The position numbers and the translations under genes are program-made. Below are positions 39,901 through 64,000 of a stretch of 64,000 nucleotides of DNA, piece after piece. Below the pieces are notes generated by a model. It had not been told where the DNA came from. It did not search any database and saw only the letters and a list, made by a program, of their open reading frames with translations. The first letter of the stretch is position 1, and each line of letters starts with the position of its first letter. The DNA is from Macrostomum hystrix (lineage: Eukaryota > Animalia > Platyhelminthes): the NCBI GenBank assembly GCA_950097015.1, contig CATNEN010000040.1, positions 124,001 to 188,000 on the forward strand, in the 5' to 3' direction.

Positions 39901-39988
39901 GTGCACCGTCTGTCGCGGCCAGGAGCTGCAGAGTGTGTGCCGATCGCACCGGTCGTCGGGTGCCAGCTGTCTAGCTGCCAGTTACTGA
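33967..39988 (+). CDS. pogo/Tigger-type transposase-derived protein: psq HTH, CENP-B-type HTH, degenerate DDE_1 domain, C-terminal PHD finger; 6 exons, about 1006 aa
   Basis: Exons 33967-34545, 34966-35516, 36079-36310, 38148-38438, 38526-39434, 39530-39988, phase-consistent. psq: RRQWSQENMLKAYNAV...FKVPESTLRDRL. Second HTH: FTAGEEHRIVDHI...PSASWLYSFTHRWP. DDE_1: MMDEAS, VTIVGAGNAVGDSVPPFLLYRG, GYLSPEIFMSWL, LLFYDGH, LPPH. PHD C4HC3: CIVC...WAQCDYCSGWLHLRTC...FKCTVC. Confidence 0.85.
34735..34955. repeat. Degenerate 10-bp repeat (AATCTCACYT), intron 1 of the transposase-derived gene
   Basis: Recurrent AATCTCAC motif with a period of about 10 bp. Confidence 0.8.
35548..35703 (+). mobile_element. 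SINE family A, internally deleted copy
   Basis: TTCCGCGGCGAGGCCACATTCATT...GCTTGTCGTGCAA joined directly to the 3' end GATGTGCCACTGCCCGCAGCCCTCCTGCAATTATT. Confidence 0.75.
36360..37365. repeat. 23-bp minisatellite, intron 3 of the transposase-derived gene
   Basis: Unit GCCTACTCCTTCCTGACAGTCTW, about 43 copies. Confidence 0.95.
37550..38070. repeat. 22-23-bp minisatellite, same intron
   Basis: Unit ACTACCTTTCCTGACYWCCCTAA. Confidence 0.95.
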
Positions 39989-40169
39989 ACACTTCACACT
40001 GATTAGCAAATCTGCTCGTTGTAGTCATGTAGGCTGGGAGACGGAATTCCTTTTTCGATCTTTAGACTGTGACAGTTCATTAATTTCTCTGTTATATGGG
40101 TATAAAACGAAAGTCGATTGGTTATTGTTTTCTTATCGGATGGTATTCGATAATTTAAATTTATCGATC

Positions 40170-40510
40170 ATGTAAATCAGATCGACCGAAAATCGATAAT
40201 GTAGATCAGATCGATCGATAATCGATAATATAAATCAATCAGTAATCAATATTTACTCTTACATAAATCGGTAATCGATATGTAAATCAATCGATAATCG
40301 ATAATAAAAATCAATCGGTAATCGATATGTAAATCAATCGATAATCGATATGTAAATCAATCGATAATCGATAATAAAAATCAATCGGTAATCGATATGT
40401 AAATCAATCGATAATCGATAATAAAAATCAATCGGTAATCGATATGTAAATCAATCGATAATCGATATGTAAATCAATGGTAATCGATATGTAAATCAAT
40501 CGATAATCCG
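40170..40510. repeat. 23/24-bp AT-rich tandem repeat containing ATCGAT palindromes
   Basis: AATCGATATGTAAATCAATCGAT alternating with AATCGATAATAAAAATCAATCGGT. Confidence 0.9.
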
Positions 40511-41212
40511 CTGGATCAGGTGTTGCCTACTATGCAAGCATCAGCCCGCTGCCTGTCACCTCTATATCGAATAGCATGGCATGCAGTCTGTGCAGGGACT
40601 CACAAAAAAAGTAAACAATTTGGACGCATTTCTTCTCCGCCTCCCCTGAACTTTTTCATCCGCTTTCGTGCTCACTTTAATTTACCTACCAATTCCAAAA
40701 TGCCGCTAATGAGCCTTCCAATTTGTGTCCGCGTTTCTATCTGTACAATGATGAGTCTTTTTTATTATTGACGACTTAACCTTGAACTAATTTTGTCATT
40801 CATTCATCACCCATTCACTGCCTTCCCTATCCTTACTACTTGTAGCGTTAGTAATATGATTGCATATTTTTGTACTTTTTTCATTCTTTCATTTTTGTTC
40901 CCCCAGCCCCTTGAAATCATCATTTTCCATTATTCGATCTCGTTTTGGTGCTTTGCGTTCAATGCCAATTTGTGAAATCTGTCGAATCGGGGTTATCTTT
41001 ATTTAAGCTAACACTGCCGTCCATAGCCCTCTGCTGATCTTGTGTACCGGCTTGTCATGCTAGCTAGCATTCATTTGAATAACTATTGCTATTTTCTCAG
41101 CATATTGGTGCCGCGGTTGTCATCAGATCAATGCAGTTCCTCTTTACTTTAGCTACTTACTTCTGTGCACTGATAGCACCCACCCGTGTCCTATAGGCTA
41201 CTGGTCTTCACC

Positions 41213-41712
<500 letters not shown>

Positions 41713-43227
41713 GCTGCCTGCCCGTGTGTCCATATCAATCAGCCTGTGCTGTGTCGCAATGTCTTTGGCGAGACCCTGGCATGCGCCCTGGCATATTCTG
41801 CACACGCGCGCACACTGCTGCACCTGCTGTCATGTACTTTATCCACAGTCGTGTTAATCGATCGATAGTGCTACCCATTCCACTTGTCCACCATTCGTTC
41901 AATTGATTACAGTTAAAATTATTTTTCAACACTTTAAACTAGATAGCTATCGCTCTGGCTACAACTGTCTAAACAGCCTTATTCTAGGTATTTTTGTGCT
42001 ATTTTTCGAATTCATTTTTGTCCTTCCTCATCCCTCATTTTCATTGCCTCTGTTGTACGCGAATCAAGAATTTAATTAAGGCTTACAGGGCACTGTGTAC
42101 ATAAATAACTTTGCGGAACAGCGATTTGTAATAATTTACTGCTTAATTAGTTTATTAATTGAGTTCCATTTTCTAAATAGTGCTAGTGAAAATTTAAATC
42201 GACTAGTTTGTATTTTTGTTCTAATCGTTCTACTTATAGTAGTTGATCAATTTTGCTGTTTGTATTTCTGTACGCGTCTAATGCTGTGCGTTCTAGTTTG
42301 CTGGTTTTAGTGAGTTCTCGCTGATCCTGTGTACCTTGAACAGCAAAATACAAAACAAGGAACCGATACAGGCCGAAATGCTAGTTGGGAATTCGTCTGT
42401 TTTTTATGACAAGAACACACAAACCGTTGTTTATTATTAATATCATTAATATTTAACTGATGAAGTTAAATTATTAGATAACTAGGTCGTTAAGTTGAAT
42501 AATTTACTTGTCTAATTCGTTGATGTGGTATGAGTTGAAATATTTGAGAGTTTCAATTCAACTTATTGTAAGGGCTAAACACGAAAGCAATGTGGTTTAT
42601 TAGTATTATTTATTAGTGCGAACTAAGGTCTTGCTAACTTTTGGCAGCCACGTCGATACTATGTGCTAACTGTGCAGTGTTTCAGTTCGGATAAATGGTA
42701 ATCAAGATAATTAAGTATTTGATTAGCTCGATAGAAAGAGGGGCATAAAAATGGATGCCACTCTCCGATTGGACTGTGAGATAATTGAAGTCTTACAACT
42801 CCCTGATTGGTCAGCGAGAGAAGAAAATTCTGCTAATCGCTGATTGGACGAGAGACGTTCATCCTAAAAATTTACTATTGGTCAGCTAGAGAGAAAAATC
42901 TGGCGTTTCTTTTATTGGTTTGATTGATCAGTGGGAAAAAAAGAATTAAAAAATTATCTTATTGGCCCTTTAGACAGAAAGAAAATCCGAATGCTCTCTT
43001 ATTGGTCAGTTATGAAGAGAAATCCTTAACCTAACAGTCTTCAGGAAAAATTCTGCAGCTCGTTTGCAACCATACCAGACATAGAAGCGAGCCAAATGTT
43101 AGTCAGATTATTGACGAAAACTCAACTAAAGTACAAATTTGTAAGCAAAGATGATTTTAAATATGGTTTTGCACCAAAGCATTGTAAATACGAGACGGAG
43201 AACACCCGTCTAAGCGCCATTTTTGCG

Positions 43228-56786
<13,559 letters not shown>

Positions 56787-57550
56787 CGAACTGGCTTGCG
56801 AACGCCTGCCGGTGAGAAACTAGCAAAATGAGCCTGAAACTGCTGCTGCTGTCAGGGGCCAGGCCGGTCGCACGCGAAGCAGCAGACTGGGATGGCCTCG
56901 GAAATAGTTGAGCACAGTTAAGAGATAGAAGGCTAGTTTTAAATTGAAGCACAGCATGTTCACCTGGATCTGATTAGATAAACGCTGCCGTTTGCCTTTA
57001 ATAGCGTTGCGCCATTTCACCTTGTTCTCTATTAAATTTATAGCTGCTCACAGCTTTGAGCTCTGGGCCAGTTTCGAGTCCAACGATCTCAAGTTATGCT
57101 CAAAGAATATGGACCGCCGACTGGTTGACCTCGGTGACTATCTGCTTAAGCCAGCTCTGATAGATTTGGCCAGTTCTGAGCCTCCACTTATCTATCCGTC
57201 TGTGAGTAGAATAGAAATATTATATCTCCAGGGTTTATTGAGTTTTAAAATGCGCGGTTTTGCTTTGCATTTCCGTTGACTTCTTTTAAAGAGAAGATAT
57301 TCTATTCATATTACTGAGTACTGAGTAGTGCAGAAGTGTCGTTCTTCTGTCTGTATCGCCCAAAATGTTGAACCAATCGACATGAAAATCCAGACCTCCA
57401 GACCTAGCTAAAATTTTCCTCTCTATCTGATGAACCAACTTTCAGAATCAAGAAACGCCTTTTGCTTTTTGTTGCCTGACCAATATAAGCATGCTCACAA
57501 ATTATTACTTTTTTAAGATGTTGATTTTAATGGTGTTTGTTCATATAGAA

Positions 57551-58225
57551 CAGGGGTAGGCAAACTTATTTTCTGGCGGGCCAAAGAGAGAGCCTAAAAG
57601 ACGACAGCGGGCCGCATTGACTGTATAAATATGAGATAGGGGAGAGATGAGACACGGGAGAGATGAGACACAGGAAAGATGGGACACGAGAGAGATTAGA
57701 CACGGGAGAAATTAGACACGGAAGAGATTAGACACGGGGGAGATAAGACACGGGAGAGATTAGACACGGAAGAAATTAGACACGGAAGAGATTAGACACG
57801 GGGGAGATAAGACACGGGAGAGATTAGACACGGAAGAAATTAGACACGGAAGAGATTAGACACGGGAGAGATTAGACACGGGAGAGATTAGACACGGGAG
57901 AGATTAGACACGGAAGAGATTAGACACGGGAGAGATTAGACACGGGAGAGATAAGACACGGGAGAGATTAGACACGGAAGAAATTAGACACGGAAGAGAT
58001 TAGACACGGGAGAGATTAGACACGGGAGAGATTAGACACGGGAGAAATTAGACACGGAAGAGATTAGACACGGGAGAGATTAGACACGGGAGAGATTAGA
58101 CACGGGAGAGATTAGACACGAGAGAGATGAAACAGGACACTGTAGATGTCAGAAGGGGCAACGGGCCGGATTTTGGAGCTTCGAGGGCCGCATCTGGCCC
58201 GCGGGCCGGAGTTTGCCGACCCCTG
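57551..58225. mobile_element. Non-autonomous hAT-type DNA transposon (MITE) with an internal 16-bp minisatellite
   Basis: 16-bp TIRs CAGGGGTAGGCAAACT / AGTTTGCCGACCCCTG (one mismatch), perfect 8-bp TSD ATATAGAA at 57543-57550 and 58226-58233, subterminal GGGCCG motifs, and array GGGAGAGATTAGACAC at about 57640-58135. Confidence 0.92.
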
Positions 58226-59033
58226 ATATAGAATGTCCGAATATTCTCATATTTTTCTTCCCTTTATTGAAGACGGCAGGACCAATCAACCAACCCATAT
58301 CCCATTTACCAAAGTAAGACAAATTCTGCTTTCGAGAAAAAACAAATTTTCTTTTCCCCTAAAGGAGATAATAAAACTGGTCTATTAAGCTGTGGCCATT
58401 ATTTGGGACTCGATCGATGTCCCAGAACCCTGGACTGAGTAGAACGCTGTCCAGAACCATTGCATTTCACCTTGACAGGCCAAGATATACAATGCCCCCC
58501 GAATTCGCTTCACGAAGCCATTGTGCTCAACTGCTCCTGACCAGCCAAGCGCACGGCTAACGCTTACTATATAGTCATATTTTGCCCCTTGGGGGAGCGG
58601 GTGGGAATTGAAATGATGCGGCTAAAATACAAACATCACCGACTAAATTTAGACGAGATTGGTCTCACAGACTCGTCTAAAAGCTAAAGCTAAAGCTCCA
58701 GCGGCCAAAGCTAAAATCACCGAGGAAGAAGTGGTTCGCAGTGCCATAAAACCAGTTTGAAGGGGGCCTTCTTTTAGAAGAAAAAAAGATAAAATAGGAA
58801 GACACAATTTGGTCAACCCAACGTGCCGCCCTGGTGAGTCAGCTGTGACAAGAAAAATGATTTGCACTTTAAAAGATTAGACAGATAAGATCCCGGACTG
58901 AGAGAGTCTGCCATGTTAAAAGTACACACTAGCTTTGTCTTTCCAATTCCACCGCCTTCCGACTCTGTCCAAGCGAAACTTGACAGTCCAATCAATTGCT
59001 GTCTAAAGCAAACAAGCTCTTATCTGAAGACTG

Positions 59034-60000
59034 GGTCGGCAATATTTAATAAGGAGACAGGAGAGGGATGAGACACTGGAGAGATGAGACACTGGAGAGA
59101 TGAGACACTGGAGAAGTGAGACACGGGAGAGATGAGACACTGGAGAGATGAGACACTGGAGAGATGAGACACTGGAGAGATGAGACACGGGAGAGATGAG
59201 ACACGGGAGAGATGAGACACTGGAGAGATGAGACACGGGAGAGATGAGACACTGGAGAGATGAGACACTGGAGAGATGAGACACTGGAGAAGTGAGACAC
59301 GGGAGAGATGAGACACGGGAGAGATGAGACACGGGAGAGATGAGACACGGGAGAGTTGAGACACTGAAGAGATGAGACAGGAGAGAGATGAGACACGGGA
59401 GAGATGAGATATGGGAGAGATGAGACAGGAGAGATGAGACACGGGAGAGTTGAGACACGGGAGAGTTGAGTCACGGGAGAGATGAGACACTGGAGAGATG
59501 AGACACAGGAGAGTTGAGACACAGGAGAGATGAGACACAGGAGAGTTGAGACACAGGAGAGATGAGACACGGGAGAGATGAGACACAGGAGAGATGAGAC
59601 ACGGGAGAGATGAGACACGGGAGAGTTGAGACACGGGAGAGATGAGACACAGGAGAGTTGAGACACAGGAGAGATGAGACACGGTAGAGATAAGACAGGA
59701 GAGATGAGACACTGGAGCGATGAGACACTGGAGAGATGAGACACTAGAGAGATAAGACACGGGAGAGTTGAGACACTGAAGAGAGGAGACAGGAGAGAGA
59801 TGAGACACGGGAGAGATGAGCTATGGGAGAGATGAGACAGGAGAGATGAGACACGGGAGAGATGAGCTATGGGAGAGATGAGACAGGAGAGATGAGACAG
59901 GAGAGATGAGACACGGGAGAGATGAGACACGGGAGAGATGAGACAGGAGAGATGAGACATGGGAGAGTTGAGACACGGGAGAGATGAGCCGCACATGCTG
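59034..60000. repeat. 16-bp minisatellite (GGAGAGATGAGACACD) of the MITE-associated family
   Basis: Same unit family as 57640-58135 and 3695-4110; preceded by GGGTCGGCAA and followed by GAGCCGCA. Confidence 0.9.
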
Positions 60001-60569
60001 TACTACGGGTTTTTTCAAAGAAGAATTTCGGCTAATATAACCTCACTGGACTGCCAGCAAAACAATAAGCAAATAAACATAAAGCACAAAAGTATGCACA
60101 GCCCTTGGGCATTATTCAACTGCGCATGCGCCACTGAATTCTGGGCCAAAAATTCATAAGCTAAACGTTGTCTTTGTCCAAGTCTTTGTTTAGGCAATTT
60201 GGCACTCAACAGCCCATGGTTGTGGCGTCCTCATTGCATTGCATTGCGGTCTCGTCACTCGTCTTGTTGTAGCTCGAAAATTTTCGGATTGCGCAATGCC
60301 TGCCTGCAAAGGTCAAGGACAGAGAATTTCAGTCAGTTTTTCATAGTGGAGATAAACAAAAACACTAAACACGTCGGCTTGCTCGTAGGTGCCCTGAGGC
60401 CTGTACAGCTGATTGAGCGCGTGCCAACAGCGAAGGTCGATGCTTTCTTAATTCTATAAACTACGAGATGGTTGCTTTAGTCTATCTTAAAATGTCGGCA
60501 AATTTAGCAAATTTGTTAATTCAATAATACTGGCGCATTCCATAGCAGCTAGTTTCATATCACTGTCTA

Positions 60570-61110
60570 CCCCCCTTGACTACCTCCCTGTCTACCTTCC
60601 TATCCAACTTCCTGTCCACCTTCCTAACTACCTTCCCATCCACCTTCCTGTCTACCTTCCTGCCCACCTACCAGTCCACCTTCCCATCTACCTTCCTGCC
60701 CACTTCCTGCCCACCTTCCTGTCCACCTTCCTTCCTACCTTCCTTCCCACCTTCCTGTCCACCTTCCTGTCCACCTTCCTTCATACCTTCCTTCCCACCT
60801 TCCTGTCCACCTTCCTGTCCACCTTACTGTCCACCTTCTCATCTACCTTCCTGTCCACCTTCCTGGCCACCTTCCAGCCCACCTTCCTGTCCACCTTCCT
60901 AACTACCATCCCATCCACCTTCCTGCCCACCTTCCTGTCCATCATCAGCCCACCTTCCTGTCCACCTTCCCATCTACCTTCCTGCCCACCTTCCTGTCCA
61001 CCTACCAGTCCACCTTTCTGTCCACCTTCAAGTCAACCTTCCAGTCCACCTTCCACTCCATCTGCCCACATTCCTGTCCACCTTCCAATCCACCTACTCA
61101 TCAGCACCTG
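60570..61110. repeat. Degenerate 12-bp repeat CCACCTTCCTGT
   Basis: Visible 12-bp periodicity. Confidence 0.85.
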
Positions 61111-61119
61111 TCAACCTCA

Positions 61120-61597
61120 CTACCCTCACTACCTACCCTACCTACCCTCACTACCTACCCTACCTACCCTCACTACCTACCCTACCTACCCTCACTACCT
61201 ACCCTACCTACCCTCACTACCTACCCTACCTACCCTCACTACCTACCCTACCTACCCTCACTACCTACCCTACCTACCCTCACTACCTACCCTACCTACC
61301 CTCACTACCTACCCTACCTACCCTCACTACCTACCCTACCTACCCTCACTACCTACCCTACCTACCCTCACTACCTACCCTACCTACCCTCACTACCTAC
61401 CCTACCTACCCTCACTACCTACCCTACCTACCCTCACTACCTACCCTACCTACCCTCACTACCTACCCTACCTACCCTCACTACCTACCCTACCTACCCT
61501 CACTACCTACCCTACCTACCCTCACTACCTACCCTACCTACCCTCACTACCTACCCTACCTACCCTCACTACCTACCCTACCTACCCTCACTACCCG
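61120..61597. repeat. 22-bp homogeneous minisatellite
   Basis: Unit CCTACCCTCACTACCTACCCTA. Confidence 0.95.
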
Positions 61598-62194
61598 CCC
61601 TCTCTATAAGCTTTAAAGTAAATACTCGGATCTGGCCTAAGCAAAGCAGTTATGTTCCATGAAAGCACGTTTCAGTTGATTTCGGATTGGGAAAAATTCA
61701 CCAATGCTTCATCATCTGCAGTCACGGTCAGCCGCAAAATAGGGCTCATCAAATTTCATTGGGTGCCAAACAGTTTTTGTCCCAGATTTCTGACTGAAAC
61801 TTGAGCCCGAAAGAAACTGTCAGTTTAGAAATTAACAGAATTTTGCTGCATAAAAAACTTATCCCATTGGTTCGCATCAATCTTTGTGCAACTCTTAAAA
61901 AGTTAGTGGCGCTGTAGAAGAAGCGGCGGCGGCGCGGCGGTTGGGGTTGGTGAAACAAGAGTTTACTAAGAAAAAACTGAGATTGATTTTCGAGATTGCG
62001 GTCTGTGTCGAGACATCGCATCGCGCCTGAAGCATTTCAAAGCCTTTCACTCATTCAGAATGGCATTTGAAAAGAGAGCCATAACTACGGTATAAAAATA
62101 AACAAAAAAATAAAATATCTGAAATATACAGGATTGAAATCTTGAACGAAATTTTTGGGTAAGCATGCCAGAACAACCTGCCCGCTTCTGCGTA

Positions 62195-62665
62195 GCCTCA
62201 TCCGCCCTCCATTTCCCCATCCGCCCTCTATTTCCCCATCCACCCTCCATTTCTTCATCCGCCCTCCATTTCCCCATCCGCCCTCCATTTCCCCATCCGC
62301 CCTCCATTTCCCCATCCGCCCTCCATTTCTTCATCCGCCCTCCATTTCCCCATCCGCCCTCCATTTCCCCATCCGCCCTCCATTTCCCCATCCACCCTCC
62401 ATTTCCCCATCTGCCCCCCATTTCCCCATCCGCCCTCCATTTCCCCATCCGCCCTCCATTTCCCCATCCGCCCTCCATTTCCCCATCCGCCCTCCATTTC
62501 CCCATCCGCCCTCCATTTCCCCATCCGCCCTCTATTTCCACCCATCCGCCCTCCATTTCCCCATCCGACCTCTATTTCCACCCATCCGCCCTCCATTTCC
62601 CCATCCGCCCTCCATTTTCCCATCCGCCCTCCATTTCCGCCCATCCCTTGTCCCATCCGCCCTCT
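62195..62665. repeat. 19-bp minisatellite
   Basis: Unit CCGCCCTCCATTTCCCCAT. Confidence 0.95.
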
Positions 62666-63267
62666 CTTGAGTCTTAATCCCACCCTTCTCGCATTACGAG
62701 GGAGCCTAAACCATCCCCAGTGAAAAGGGAAATGGCGAAGTGATTCTAAGTTGTCACTATGCAACAATGCGACAATATTCCTGTTGTCTCAAACTGGCAG
62801 CATATCTCATATCGAAATTGAATGCCACCTAATTATCCCAATCCAACATTTATAATTACCAATGTTCTACATTTGCAGTTACCTATTTGAAAAATCCTGC
62901 TATCAAATGAAACAAAAACTGTCGAGATAATCCGTTTTGTCATCCAGCTAGCTTTTGGTTGCTAAGGCCTCCAAATAATTCCATTTTGTGAAGAAGCAAG
63001 AAGAATTATGGTGATAATTATTTGTTGCACATTCTCTTCAGTCCTGGCTTTAAAATTAAATTACTTAACAAATGGACAGCGGACATACATTTTTATCTCT
63101 AGTTCTGCGTCATCTTTTGAGTTGGTCATCGAACTTTTGTAAAGTTAGAAATTGTGCTGCTTTCAAAGAAACATGGTAATTTTTCTAAGAAAGGGGGCCA
63201 CTTTTCAAAGAAGCAAAGCAGCACTTTAAACAAAGAAAGCCATTTTAGAAACTGGGAACCTTTTTTA

Positions 63268-63522
63268 TGATGTGCAGCCGACAGCACAGCCGCAGCCATT
63301 GCGCGGCGCATCTGAAGGCTGCGTACGGCTGTTCAGTCCATGGACTGAGGGACGCCACACCCACCCTCAATTACCCCAGCTAATGCTGGTACACATTTAA
63401 CAAACTGGGTGAACTGAAGCAACGCAGAGTTAAGTGTCTTGCTAAGGGACACACATTTTTCCAGTGGAGTCGGGAATCGAACCCCCGACCTTCAACGCTC
63501 TAACCACCAGGTGAGGCTACCC
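63268..63522 (-). mobile_element. SINE family B, second copy
   Basis: Colinear with 13130-13400 (GATGTGCAGCCGACAGCACAG...GTCGGGAATCGAACCCCCGACCTTCAA); head partly deleted. Confidence 0.85.
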
Positions 63523-64000
63523 CCTCTGTTTTAAATAAAGCGACAAGCGTCACAACAGTGCCAAGTCAAAGAACTAAGCTCCAATTGAAACTGAGCAGTT
63601 TCAGAAACGATGCCATTTTCATAGAAAGACAAAAGCAACTTTCTTTCAGGAGCCATAAAATATTAAATCAGATTCCTCAAGACTCAAATCAAAGAACATC
63701 TGTCATATTTTAATTGCTCTGCCGCACTTCAGAGGATCTGATCAAGCGAGACTCGAGACAACGTGACCTATTATATGCCATACGCATATTCTCATGCTTT
63801 CAAAGCTTCCCATTCTAGGGAACATGGTTCCCATGGGTTGGAGACAAAGTCTTTGTGATTGAATAGAAAGCATATTCATGGCTAAAACTTTGTGATTGAG
63901 TTTAGTTGTGAAGTGTATACAGATAAAACGATAATATGGCCCCAGCCGCTTTTATAAGCAGTTCAGGGGGGTTCTATGACCTCTCCTGGCTGGTCAAACA

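Noticed and set aside
33800-40100. Transposase gene as an intact autonomous transposon
   Set aside because: No TIRs or TA duplication seen, five introns present, and the third catalytic motif is degenerate.
59003-59996. Long SHLSRVSSL-type ORFs
   Set aside because: Minisatellite translation.
62047-62767. Pro-rich and Gly-rich ORFs on both strands
   Set aside because: 19-bp array translation.

Overview
Eukaryotic (metazoan) genomic DNA with spliced genes, GC-rich CAG/polyQ-rich exons, and introns full of minisatellites. That style suggests a flatworm such as Macrostomum, but this is an inference only. I reconstructed six protein-coding genes by hand with phase-consistent GT-AG junctions: a two-exon MATH-like/BTB gene (-), a two-exon RRM plus coiled-coil gene (+), a 10-exon CCDC88 (Daple/Girdin) gene (+), a 5-exon KATNIP gene (+), a 6-exon pogo-type transposase-derived gene with psq-HTH, CENP-B HTH, degenerate DDE and PHD domains (+), and a 21-exon mosaic trypsin-like protease with SRCR, C-type lectin, kringle, LDLa and PAN domains (-). 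Non-coding DNA holds two tRNA-headed SINE families, a hAT-type MITE with an 8-bp target-site duplication that carries a minisatellite, and more than 25 tandem arrays, most long introns having their own unit. The best leads are the apparently domesticated transposase-PHD gene, the intron-private minisatellites, the MITE that carries a minisatellite, and HDV-ribozyme-like motifs in permuted order at the 3' end of one SINE family (speculative). No prokaryotic features, CRISPR arrays, rRNA genes or true tRNA genes were found.
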